Origin: Nemertoderma westbladi
Lineage: Eukaryota > Animalia > Xenacoelomorpha
Length of the DNA stretch: 64,000 nucleotides
NCBI GenBank assembly: GCA_032718475.1
Contig: JAUCBJ010000295.1
Location: forward strand, 27,981 to 91,980
Direction of reading: 5' to 3'
This document shows, piece after piece, positions 1 through 10,680 of this stretch (its first letter is position 1; the number at the start of each line of letters is the position of its first letter). Position numbers and translations under genes: made by a program. A model generated the notes under the pieces. The model made no database searches and was not told the origin of the DNA. It worked only from the letters and a program-made list of their open reading frames with translations.

Positions 1-2
1 AA

Positions 3-17
3 TCTCCCCCCCCTCTT
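3..17 (-). promoter_or_regulatory. Polypurine tract of element 1
   Basis: Minus strand reads AAGAGGGGGGGGAGA at the 3' end of the internal region. Confidence 0.65.
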
Positions 18-302
18 GTGCCGTCGCACTCAAGAAGTGTGAAATCGTCTGGTGTCTCGTCCATAGTGCCATAGTCAGTTATCCCCCAGTCCCAGTAGCT
101 AATTGAGAAAGGTTGTATGACTATAGTACTTACTCCCAGCGTATATTCGTAGATTACTAATTACTACATACGTACATACAAATTGCACTTATATGATTAT
201 TTGCATTAATTAAATTTGTACTTAATAGTTCGTACGTCCCACGCGGCGCCTTCCAGGCGCACCACGTCCAAGTCTCAGTCTCTATCCCTCGACTCTGGGA
301 AC

Positions 303-2852
303 CTATCTGTTCCTCTGGGGATAGTTCCCCCTGGCGTCCTCTTCCCTGGGCCGTTTCTTGGTTATCACCGTTCCTCTGGCATCATCCGCTTTCTGCTTTC
401 GGACCTTCGCCGCCACTTCCTTGCTGATCCCGGTCGTTGGCTCCTTGGGCGCTGGTGTTATTAGTGCCCGATATCGCTTCGCCGGTGGCCCCTCAGAGTG
501 GCCCGGTTGTCTCCCTCTGGTGGCGTCCCATAGGATCATTTTCATTGCCTTTGGTACGTGCTCCGCCAAGAAATCCCTAAACTCCCTTCGGTTCTCTGGC
601 GTCCACCTGTCCAAATACCTTTGCGTGTTCATCACTCCAGCGTACGACGCCGCCGTTGCTACCTCTTGGTAGGTAAACGGTAGCCTCCGCTTTATGATTT
701 CCATGTGAGTCTATAGATTGATAAGGAAGAAACCCCACTTGAACTCCTGGGCCTTCATGCGCTGGCGCGTCATGGCCCCGACGTCGGCCCACTCCTCGAA
801 TCTTGTGAACTTCTCCTCGTCGTTCATCCAGTCGCACTCGCGTCCGTAGTGTCCCCGAAAGTGGCACTTTGGACATCGGTTATGCAACCGTGGACACGCC
901 CCCATCCTGTGGCTTGGTTCTCTGCAGTAGAGACAAAAGGTTCCCTTTTGGAACCGGTATAGGCAGCTGCTTTCCCGATGGGTCTGTCTCCCACAGTAGT
1001 CGCAGCCGAGTACCAATGTCTCCCGTCCCACCTCGTCTTTCGTCCCAAGCGATCTCCGCGGTCTGTGGAGTCGCTGGTAGGCGAACTTCTCTACGTTGGT
1101 CTCTCTATCTACGTCGATCTCTCCGCCCCTCTCGGGCATCGTCTCCCCGAATACTATCCGTGGTGCCATCCCCGGTTGCTCGCCCAACCTGATGGTGCTC
1201 CCCGCGAAATCCATCGCCGGCTCCTCGTGCACCCAGGTCCGCTTGCCGGATCTGTTCCAGAAGGCCCTCGCCCCACTGGCTGTCACCACCCTTCCGCCAA
1301 CCCAGTCCGTGTCCGAGTGGCCTATCCTCTCGATGGGCGGCATCTCTCCGAACTCGTCGTCGTCGTCCTCCTCTTCTGGTAGTGTCTCCAATCCCGGTAT
1401 CCCGATGGATCCGCTATGTCCCTTTCCGCCTTGGCTCTCGCCCATAGCTCTCCATCCCTCTAGCTCCCTTAACTTCCTTGGCGGTTGGTCGCCCTCGGCG
1501 CCCGCTGGTATGGGCATCGTTTGCAACCCCGACGTCGACTGTTTCGGCGATCCCACCGTCCATCCCAATTCTCGCCCTAGAGACTCCCCCGAACTCCCTG
1601 ATGAAGTCCAATGAAGTTCTTCTAGGCCTGCCTGTTCCTCGAAGCCGTAACTCTGTGTCCTGGCCTCCTCTTCCCTCTCCTCTGCTTCTATCCTCTCCCG
1701 TCTAGCGACTTCTTCCAGTCGCTTTGCTTCTCGTCTATCTGTCTCTAGCTGCTCCCATCTCTGATACGGTGTATCTGTCTCCCCGTCTACCAGATGTCAG
1801 CTGTTGTAGTACACCGACTCGCCCTTCAGCCCCGGGTGGTCTACCAGACCGTCAAAGGCCGTTTTAAAGGCTCTCCTGTAGCTTAGGGGTGATCCCGATA
1901 ACAGAAATGCCCCTGGTTCCCTCTCGATAACCACGGTCATGAATAAGTTAAGCAAACTTATCATCATCCAGTCCTCCTGCAGGATATATCGCTTCTGATA
2001 TACCTTTATCGCTCCCCTGCGGAACTGATATACCTCCTGCTTTCCCGGTCTCGCTCCCCACTTTAGCGAGTTCGCTAGTTCTGCTCCGTATTCTTCCCTA
2101 AACTTCCCCCAATCCATCGGTTTGTGGCATACGAGCCCCAATAATTGGCCCATCGCCACCGCCCCGCATTGGCCTGTGTTTTCGACTACCCCCAACCCAT
2201 CCGGTGCCGTCATAGCCATAAAGACTTTCTGCATATCCAGGAGGTTGGTGGCGTCCGGACCGATGATCCTCTCCGCGTCCTCACGAATCGCCGATCCCAC
2301 TTTCGTCGTCGACTTCTCTCTTACTAAGACTTGTACCGCTTTCGGCAACCGGTTTAATTTTGGCCCGTCCTTCTTCCCATACGTCCCTAGGTCGAATAAG
2401 AAGATGTCCCCATTTGGCGCGGCCAAATGTAGGAGTATGGTCCTGGCCGACCCCGCCGTTCCTCGTCTCGAACCCGCCTCGTCTTCCACGGTTCCCTCGT
2501 CGTCTAGGATCATATATCCTCCTCTGTTGACGGACTCTATGAATCTGTTCCAGTCCTTCCTCGGTGATTCCCTCGGGTACTTCGGAATCCCGAACTTCGC
2601 CTCGTCCCCTTTCACCACGTAGTGGAAGTGTTGGAAGATCGCGTTGTCCAGCGACGGCGTCCCGTAGGTCCCGACCAGCCGCTGTTCGTGCATCTCCCTG
2701 AAGTGATCCTGCAGCGCTCGCGCCGCGTGACCCCTTTCCAACCTCTCGTAGTATCCTCTCGTCTTCTCTTCCGGATGCCTCTCGGTGAAATCCACCAGTA
2801 TCTCCTTTCCTCCTGACTCCGCTTTTCTCTTTCTGATCAACTTGCTCGCCAT
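303..2852 (-). pseudogene. Accessory ORF of ~850 codons with two in-frame stops: DEDDy 3'-5' exonuclease, charged linker, three CCHC zinc knuckles, C-terminal region
   Basis: ORFs 1797-2852, 711-1568 and 303-704 share one frame, separated only by TGA (1797-1799) and TAG (711-713). ExoI LDDEG, LLHLA..IFLFD, ExoII KVGSAIRED, LLDMQ, ExoIII QKRYILQED; knuckles CDYCGRQTHRESSC, CLYCREPSHRMGAC, CPKCHFRGHYGREC. Confidence 0.8.
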
Positions 2853-3339
2853 TCCGAACGTTCACTCGCTCACCTGCAAGGTGGTGCCTTACCAAGGCGC
2901 AATACAGATGAGTGATGTATCTAAGATGTTCTGTACGGTTCGATAATGGCCTATTTCCTACTTAACTGCGCCTTTTAACCTAAATTATCACTAATTAATT
3001 TTGAAGCTAGTAAATGAGCGTAATTTAAAATTTCTGTCCGTTACTTTTATTATGTTCTAGAATAACTTCCCTTGTGTTGCCACTATTTTGTAACTTTCAG
3101 CCCTATTCTATTTATTTATCTATTTAATTTGATTCTACTGTCCTACTACTTACTACTGCCTATGGATTATTCTATTCTCTAATCCACATTCTGGCCTACT
3201 CTGTATTCTGGCCTATGCAGTACAGCAGTATGCGTCGTGTGGCCACACGACTTACCCAGCTGTACTCATATGCCCCCCTCTCTCTACTAACTGCTAACTA
3301 ATATCTATATCTATATCCCCTTTTACCTCTTACTCTCTC

Positions 3340-3858
3340 TCTTCTAACTAACGGTACTACGTACCCTCTAACTCTAATTCTCTCTAACTAACGGTACTAC
3401 GTACCCTCTAACTCTCTAACTAACTAGCGGTACTTATGTACCCTCTAACTCTCTAACTAACTAGCGGTACTTACGTACCCTCTAACTCTCTAACTAACTA
3501 GCGGTACTTACGTACCCTCTAACTCTCTAACTAACTATCGGTACTTACGTACCCTCTAACTCTCTAACTAACTATCGGTACTTACGTACCCTCTAACTCT
3601 CTAACTAACTATCGGTACTTACGTACCCTCTAACTCTCTAACTAACTATCGGTACTACGTACCCTCTAACTCTCTAACTAACTAGCGGTACTTACGTACC
3701 CTCTAGCTCTCTAACTAACTAGCGGTACTTATGTACCCTCTAACTCTCTAACTAACTATCGGTACTTACGTACCCTCTAACTCTCTAACTAACTATCGGT
3801 ACTTACGTACCCTCTAACTCTCTAACTAACTATCGGTATTACGTACCCTCTAACTAAC
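3340..3858. repeat. 37-bp tandem array (~14 copies) between pol and the accessory ORF
   Basis: Unit ctctaactctctaactaactatcggtacttacgtacc; cggtac recurs at 3428 and 3465. Confidence 0.95.
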
Positions 3859-4000
3859 TTCTGCCTACTAACTGCGTACCTACCATGTACTATTATTTTT
3901 ATTTATTTTATTTTTATTTTGTTTGTGGGAAGGGCGTCTCGCCCTCAATCCCACCCCCCTCAGTCCAAAACTTGGACGACTAAACTTTTCTCTAACTCTA

Positions 4001-5983
4001 CTAAGGTGCCCCTTCTAACAGACAGCATTTGCCTACAGCTCTCCTGTAGGTTTTTCTGTCCTTCGCACCTATCTTTCCACCTATCCGTACTTCTACCGAT
4101 CGGACTCTTCCGTCCTCGTCGGAGTAGGTGCCTAGTACTCTCGCCAACCGCCATCGGTTGTTGATGATAGTATCATCCGTAACGATTACGAGATCTCCCT
4201 CTCTTAACTCCCTGTTTGATTTCCTCCACTTGCTTCGTTTATGGAGTGTGGGTAGGTATTCCTCGACCCACCTCCTCCAATACTCTGCGCTTATTGCTTT
4301 AGCGACTTTCCAACTTTGGCGGGAGTGTATGTCATCTGGGTCTACACCCCGCATATCGATGGTCGCTGGCCTTTCCATCAGGAAATGGCTAGGTGTCAGC
4401 ACGTCTAATGACTCAGGGTCATCATTCTCCGGATATAGCGGTCTGCTATTAATGATCCCCTCGCACTTCGCAAGTACTGTCCGTAAGACGTCCTCAGTGA
4501 CCATGTGGGTGTTCATTAGCTTCGTCATTAGACGCTTTGAACTGCCCACCAGTCTCTCGACGCATCCTAGTGTATGTGGTGCATACGGCGTCCTTCTCTC
4601 CCACTTTACTTGTCGTCGTCTCATGGCTGCCCTGACTTCTTCCCCCTCCAAGATGTCCAAGGCCTCTGCCATCTCACTCTCTGCGCCCACAAAGTTGGTG
4701 CCGTTGTCGCTGTATATCACTGCGATCGTTCCACCTTTGCAGTCCCTAAACCTTTCTAAGGCGTTAATGAACGCTGATGCGGTTGCATCTTGGGCGAGTT
4801 CTATCCCTACCGCCCGCGTATTGTTGCATACGAAGATAATGCCGTAGCGTTTCTCCGTGTGTCGCATCACTTTGATCTTTATCGGCCCGAACATGTCCAC
4901 ACCGCAATGCGTAAATGGCGGGTCGTGCTGTCTTACCCTACTCGCCGGTAGTGGCGCCATCTCCTGTACGGCTCGCTCCTTCTTCGCTCGTCGGCAGGTC
5001 TGGCACTGCCCCACTACCGCTTTTACCTTCTTCCTCAGTTGTTTGACCCAATAGGTCCTCCTTATCTCTGTGAGGGTTCGGTTGGTGCCCCCATGCAATA
5101 TCGATTTGTGGGAGTCCCATATAATCTGGTGGACTTTTGGCGATCCTGTAGGAATGATGATGGGTTTCGGTGGTACGACTATGCTGTTGTTGTATCCCAC
5201 CCTAGAATTCATTACTAGAATCCCGTCGTCGTTGAGTTGTGGCGACAGCGTAATCAGCTCGCTGTCCCGTCGGAGGTGCTGTTGGTTACCGACGCGTTCC
5301 ACCTCGTCGCCATAGTTCCTCCGTTGTTCATAGCGGATCACTGCCTTGGCCGCTCCTTCCAGTTCTATGGTTGTCCTGATCTTCTTGTCCTTGCCAACTC
5401 CCGCAAGGAAATTCCCGAAGGCTCTCCAGTACGCCACTAATTTCTTGGTCTTATACCAACTAGAACTGTAGCTGAGGAGTTTATCCGTCGGGTTATCGCA
5501 CAGTTCCCGTCCTGGTTGCACGTCCCTAATCTCCCTCACCATCTGGGAGTATATCTCTTCTCCCTCTGAATCTCCCTCTTCTCCTTCTGATACTACTTCC
5601 GAGCCCGGGTCCACCTTCCTCATCGGCGGCCAGGCCTCCTTATCGCTCAGAAATTGTGGCCCATGTTGCCACAATACTTCCTTCTTCAAGAAAGTGTGGC
5701 GTTCCACGCCCCTCGACAGCAAGTCCGCTGGGTTCTCGTCTGTTGGGCAGTAGTGCCACCTTTCCAGTTCTGTACTCGCCCTTATTTCGTCCACTCTATT
5801 CGCGACGAATATCGGGTATCTCGTCCTTTCGTTGTGTAGCCAATCAAGCACTACCATGGAGTCCGTCCAGTAGTGTGTCTCCACTATGTTGGGAATAGTA
5901 TCCACTAGGTAGGCTGTGGCTCTTACTCCTAGTCTCGCGGCTGTCAATTCTAACTTAGGAACTGATGCTGAATCTGGTGGCAT
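4001..5983 (-). CDS. BEL/Pao Pol C-terminal part: end of RNase H, integrase, DUF5641-like tail (frameshifted from 5955-9086)
   Basis: VPKLELTAA, WTDSMVVL, NPADLLSRG, H..ILH/CQTC zinc finger, VDMFGP, SDNGTNF, VERLV, W.RWVEEYLPTL, RWRLARV. Confidence 0.95.
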   Translation of the reverse strand: MPPDSASVPKLELTAARLGVRATAYLVDTIPNIVETHYWTDSMVVLDWLHNERTRYPIFVANRVDEIRASTELERWHYCPTDENPADLLSRGVERHTFLKKEVLWQHGPQFLSDKEAWPPMRKVDPGSEVVSEGEEGDSEGEEIYSQMVREIRDVQPGRELCDNPTDKLLSYSSSWYKTKKLVAYWRAFGNFLAGVGKDKKIRTTIELEGAAKAVIRYEQRRNYGDEVERVGNQQHLRRDSELITLSPQLNDDGILVMNSRVGYNNSIVVPPKPIIIPTGSPKVHQIIWDSHKSILHGGTNRTLTEIRRTYWVKQLRKKVKAVVGQCQTCRRAKKERAVQEMAPLPASRVRQHDPPFTHCGVDMFGPIKIKVMRHTEKRYGIIFVCNNTRAVGIELAQDATASAFINALERFRDCKGGTIAVIYSDNGTNFVGAESEMAEALDILEGEEVRAAMRRRQVKWERRTPYAPHTLGCVERLVGSSKRLMTKLMNTHMVTEDVLRTVLAKCEGIINSRPLYPENDDPESLDVLTPSHFLMERPATIDMRGVDPDDIHSRQSWKVAKAISAEYWRRWVEEYLPTLHKRSKWRKSNRELREGDLVIVTDDTIINNRWRLARVLGTYSDEDGRVRSVEVRIGGKIGAKDRKTYRRAVGKCCLLEGAP

Positions 5984-8900
5984 TGACCTGGTTTGCTTTA
6001 CTAAAGGCTAGTCTTGGCTTATGAGCCCCCTCTCGTTGTACTAAGTATAGTGCCGCTCCGTACGCTTCCAACGACGCGTCGGAGAACATGTGTAGGTCCA
6101 GATTCGTCATGTTCCCATCCGGGAAATACACTCGTGGCATGTTGTATGTTCCCATCTCCTCCAAGTCTCCTGTCCACTTGCTCCACTGTTTCTTGATTTC
6201 CTCTGGTACCTCTACGTCCCACTCATCCTTCAGTTTGTATACTCTCTTGAGTATCTGTTTCCCCGTGACTAATAATGGGGATGCTAGGCCTAGGGGATCG
6301 TATATCCTTGCTATATACGATACATAGCCCCTCTTCGTGTGGATGTCTGCGCCCTCCTTGCTCAGCTGATACTTCAGTTCGTCTGTCTCTCTATCCCACA
6401 CGATTCCCAATGCCTTCTGTTGAGATTCTGTTCTCTTAGTCGCCATGTCCTGCCCTTTGGCTGTTGTGGGATTGTCCATGGTCGATTCTGGTCTCCTGTC
6501 CTCTATCGCCTTAATAAATTCTTCCGAACTGGATTGGAATTTGGTCAGGTTAAACCCGGATCCTTTCAGGATGTCGCGAACCTCGCGCCCTGTGTCCAGT
6601 ATCTCCTTAACCGTATTTCCAGACTCCATTCCGTCGTCTACGTAGAAGCCGCGTCGAATCATATCGACGGCCCTACTGCTGTATCTATCTTCCTTCCCCT
6701 TTACTGTGTCTCTCACTGCCATAGTCGTCGTAAATGAAGACGACTTGGCCCCCATGTTCTGTACTACCATCTTATATGCCGGTATTATCGACGGTTCTTC
6801 CTCGCCGTTATACCATAAGAAGCATTGACTGTCGCTATCTTCCTCCGTTACACGGACTTGGTTGAACATGCCTTCTATGTCACACGTGAAGGTGTGTTTC
6901 CCGTTTCTAAATCTAAGTAACACCTCTATGCCCGAATTGTATATGTTTGGGCCTTCCAACAGGTAGTCGTTTAAGCATTTTCCGTCGGTCTTTGCCGATG
7001 CGTCGACTACCATCCGTAGTTTACCTTTCTTTGGATCTAAAGCCACGTGTAGTGGCAGGTAATATGTCCTGTCCGTGTTCGGCTCGTCGACCAGTAACTC
7101 CACGGCCCATCCTTTCTCGACGTACTTCTTAATCGTCCTGTGGATGTACTCATTCTTCTCGGGGCTCCGTTTTAGTGTTTGTTTCAGCTTGCGGAGTCTC
7201 GTGAGTACCATACCCCTATTGTCGGGCAGCGGTATCTTCGGTAGTTTCCATACCATTCCTATAGTATACCGCCCCTCATCGCATGTCATCGATTCCTCCA
7301 CGCTTTGTAAAGCCTGCTTGTCTTCCACCGAGGTCCCGACCCCGGTTTCTTTCAATCCCTCGAAATCCTGTCTGAGCAGTCTTTTAAGCTGCTCCTCTGC
7401 TCCCTCGTCACCCATTTCCTGCATTGTTCCCGCGAACATGCATCCTGATGTCTCCGACATCCTAAATGGTATCTTGCTCTTAATTGGACCACTCAGCGTC
7501 CACCCGAATGGTGTTAATATGGCCACCGGGTCACTCTGCTTGTCTCCGCCGAAGACCATTTGCATTCTTTCGTGGGCCGTTGGGCAGTCCATGCCTACTA
7601 TGATGGACACCTTCCTAACGTCCACATCTGGGATTGAGAAGTCAATGTCGTCCAGGAATTTATACTGCTCGACCTCGATGTTGGTTGGTCGCCTGGCATT
7701 AATATTAATTGACTCTATCACTTGGATGGGGTCGATGGTTGCCCCATAGTCGCATCCTGGTGCCACTGCTGCAATTGCGCACCGTCCTGTTCTCATCTCT
7801 AGGATCTCATCTTTGCTAGAGATGGTTGTTACCGCTATCCTGCTTGGCCTCGTTCTCAATCCTATCTCTTCGGCCACCCATTCCTCGACTAATGTGAAGG
7901 CAGCTCCACTATCAACCAGCATTAGTGTTGTTACTGATCGATTTCCTTCCCCGATCACTCGCACTGGCACTACTCCAAGTAACACCATTCCCCTCTTCTT
8001 CGCCCCTACTGTGCTCGTCGCCATCGTTTGGCCTCTCCTCTGACCAAATTTTATCGGCTTCTCCTTGCACTCCCTTGCTCTATGTCCACTCATTATACAT
8101 CGCGAGCAGATTTTATTGCTGAACGCATAATCTATCTGATCTTGCCTAGGTAGCGCCTGCCAGTACCTGCAGTTCATGGTTTGATGAAGCGCATTTGCGT
8201 GTAGCTGGCATTTGCTCTTTGGGTCGTAGCCCTCTTTATACAGTGCATTGCGTATCGCAGTTGCGTTTGTACCAATGTCCCTACTATTCTTATTGTTTGG
8301 ATTTAGCCTACTGGACGTACTGGGGTTATGTTTATTCGTGTTATTATTGTTTCCCTGTCTGTTCCATGGTGTTGTCTTATCCTCGGCTAGCTGTGGACTT
8401 GCAGTCCCCTGCGTCGCTGCATATGGCAATGATTGCCTGAGTCTCGGTAATGCGTTTGATGTGTTGTGCTCTGGTTTCGGTCTATGGTAGTCTGTCTTCG
8501 GTCCCTTTCCCAGGCTATCTTCGCTATAGACTGGGTCAGTTATTAGTTCAGCCTCGTAGTTTAAGAAGTTTGACATTTCTTCTAAACCTGGTTCCGCACC
8601 CTTCTTATCTCGAGTGGAGAAGGCAATTTTTCTCCACTTGTTTCGCAGCCAGTTTGGTAGTGCCTGCGCTATCGTGGTGATGTTGTTGGATGCATTGAGC
8701 TCGTACGGCGCATCTAGCGCCTTCAGCACGATTAGCACCTTTTCGACTTTGTTAGCGAACGTCTTAATGCTAACGGGATTATCCTGTAGGCCACCCGATG
8801 TTATGCCTCTCAGCGTCTGCCTGATGATCTTGGCCGGGTGCCCGTATTCCCTATCCAGTGCCCGCCATGCTGTCGTGAAGCCGCCCTCTATTCCTTGATA

Positions 8901-9086
8901 TTGCCTCACGATATCGTATGCTGGGCCTCCCGTGTACACTTGCAGATACTTTAGGCACTCCGCCTGCGTCAAGTTTTTTGTTAGTATTTCGTTACTATAC
9001 ATGCGCCGAAACTGTAGATATTCTTCCGGCCTGCTCCCATCGAATTTGAATGGTTCCACGGGTGGTAGCTCGATCCTCGTTTTCAA
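5955..9086 (-). CDS. BEL/Pao Gag core (DUF1759-like), zinc knuckles, aspartic protease, reverse transcriptase, start of RNase H
   Basis: LPPVEPFKFDG, CSRCIMSGHRAREC, LVDSGA, YYLPLH, RMVVDAS, DIEGMFNQV, FYVDDG, YDPLG, MFSDAS. Confidence 0.95.
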   Translation of the reverse strand: MKTRIELPPVEPFKFDGSRPEEYLQFRRMYSNEILTKNLTQAECLKYLQVYTGGPAYDIVRQYQGIEGGFTTAWRALDREYGHPAKIIRQTLRGITSGGLQDNPVSIKTFANKVEKVLIVLKALDAPYELNASNNITTIAQALPNWLRNKWRKIAFSTRDKKGAEPGLEEMSNFLNYEAELITDPVYSEDSLGKGPKTDYHRPKPEHNTSNALPRLRQSLPYAATQGTASPQLAEDKTTPWNRQGNNNNTNKHNPSTSSRLNPNNKNSRDIGTNATAIRNALYKEGYDPKSKCQLHANALHQTMNCRYWQALPRQDQIDYAFSNKICSRCIMSGHRARECKEKPIKFGQRRGQTMATSTVGAKKRGMVLLGVVPVRVIGEGNRSVTTLMLVDSGAAFTLVEEWVAEEIGLRTRPSRIAVTTISSKDEILEMRTGRCAIAAVAPGCDYGATIDPIQVIESININARRPTNIEVEQYKFLDDIDFSIPDVDVRKVSIIVGMDCPTAHERMQMVFGGDKQSDPVAILTPFGWTLSGPIKSKIPFRMSETSGCMFAGTMQEMGDEGAEEQLKRLLRQDFEGLKETGVGTSVEDKQALQSVEESMTCDEGRYTIGMVWKLPKIPLPDNRGMVLTRLRKLKQTLKRSPEKNEYIHRTIKKYVEKGWAVELLVDEPNTDRTYYLPLHVALDPKKGKLRMVVDASAKTDGKCLNDYLLEGPNIYNSGIEVLLRFRNGKHTFTCDIEGMFNQVRVTEEDSDSQCFLWYNGEEEPSIIPAYKMVVQNMGAKSSSFTTTMAVRDTVKGKEDRYSSRAVDMIRRGFYVDDGMESGNTVKEILDTGREVRDILKGSGFNLTKFQSSSEEFIKAIEDRRPESTMDNPTTAKGQDMATKRTESQQKALGIVWDRETDELKYQLSKEGADIHTKRGYVSYIARIYDPLGLASPLLVTGKQILKRVYKLKDEWDVEVPEEIKKQWSKWTGDLEEMGTYNMPRVYFPDGNMTNLDLHMFSDASLEAYGAALYLVQREGAHKPRLAFSKANQVNATRFSISS

Positions 9087-10374
9087 CGATCAACGTGGCC
9101 ATCCCCATCGCCTGTGCTTCCAATGGGTTCGATGGATGCTGTATAGTTTCTCCTGTCTGGTGCGTTCCGTCTGTCCTATTTCTTGACTTTCTCTGACTTG
9201 GGTATGTCATCAGGGGTAGCGGCCCCCTCCATATGTCTGTATCACACGACCTATTCTCATCCAAGGGTCTCGTTGTTCTTGCTCCTATCGTGGTATATTG
9301 TTGATATTGTGATGGGGGAATGTCACCCTGTCCCCCCCCCACCGGTATGTTTGGTACTGGGGTTGATGTTAATATGTTGGGGCCCATGCACCTATCCGCA
9401 ATGATTCCCCCCTCCCCTGGGTATATGTTATGTCCCTGCATGCTGTAGTCATACTGCTGTGCTGGTACCGGTATAGGCCTATCAGCTTCTGGCCTACTCG
9501 CCGGTATGTATTCCGCGACTTCCGGGTTTAATCCCGTTGTCCACGCTATCCTATCGCCTACATTGCCTCTCTCAGTATGGCCTATGGTATGTGCAGTAAG
9601 GCCTACAGTATGTCCTACAGTCTGCATGTGTTGTTCGGGATCGAAGTTTATTCTTCTCGAATAATCCTCCCCGCGGCTACCGTATTCTCGATCGATAGGT
9701 GTATTCCGTCGGAAAGTTTCTCTTCGACCCCCCCCTCTACTGTCCTCGTCTTCGTACCGGTACATCGCGTACCCCTCCATCGGCGCGTAGTGCGCCTCGC
9801 CGGGTCGCATCTCTCTGGGGCGACGGCAATCTCCCGGAGTCTGACCCCACTGACTCTCTGTCCTCATCTCAACTACCGACGGCTCGCTATCCGTCCTCGC
9901 TCTTCTATCGTTCGCGGCGATACCTCTACTACTATCTTCTCTTCTTCTCCTTTCAGTGGAGTATTCCCGCTCGTGAGATCTCTCGTCGACCTCCCGGTTA
10001 AACCCCACTGTTCTTCTTCCCTCTTCTGATCGGGCTCGACGCTTCGTCCGCTCTCTCACGACGTCAACCTGTCTCTCTCTGCTCGGTCGCATGCCGCTGG
10101 GGATACTCGCAATCCCCCTATTACTTTCCGTCGCCGGTTGTTGCGGTTTACCTATTTTGGCCCTCGCATTATCCGCTGACGGCTGTGGGACACTCTCTGC
10201 CCCCCCCCCCTTTCGCTGCTAACTCGCTGTTGTGGGGCCCCTGTAGCCCCCCCCCCCCCCCCCACTCGCCACATCTAATTTCGCCATCTCTCACCCCGCT
10301 ACTATATCCCTCTCTAGTCGACACATCAACCCTATCACGGTCGGGTCTATTCACCCCCGCCTCTCCCTCTGCTA

Positions 10375-10680
10375 TTACGTGGCCTACCAGGCCCTCTGCA
10401 CCCTGCCTACCAACTATGTGGCCTACCAGGCCCTCGCTGGGTCTATTCAACCCAGCCACCCCCTGCCTACCAACTACGTGGCCTACCAGGCCCTCGCTCG
10501 GTCTACCTAATCCAGCTACTCCCTGCCTACTAACTGTGCGGCCTACCAGGCCCTCGCTGGGTCTATTCAACCCAGCCTCTTCCTGCCTACCAACTACGTG
10601 GCCTACCAGGCCCTCGCTGGGTCTACCTAACCCAGCTACTTCCGGCCCACCAACTGTGTGGCCTGCCAGGTCCCCGTTTG
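10375..10680 (-). repeat. 60-bp coding tandem repeat (20 aa, EGLVGHVVGRQGVAGLNRPS), ~5 copies
   Basis: ggcctaccaggccctc recurs at about 60-bp spacing. Confidence 0.85.

Noticed and set aside
303-2852. env gene
   Set aside because: No signal peptide, fusion-protein cysteine pattern or C-terminal TM anchor; the motifs fit a nuclease and zinc knuckles
3340-3858. CRISPR-like 37-bp palindromic repeats
   Set aside because: Units are head-to-tail with no unique spacers, there are no cas genes, and the context is a eukaryotic retrotransposon; the same applies to the 52-, 78-, 36-, 23- and 33-bp arrays
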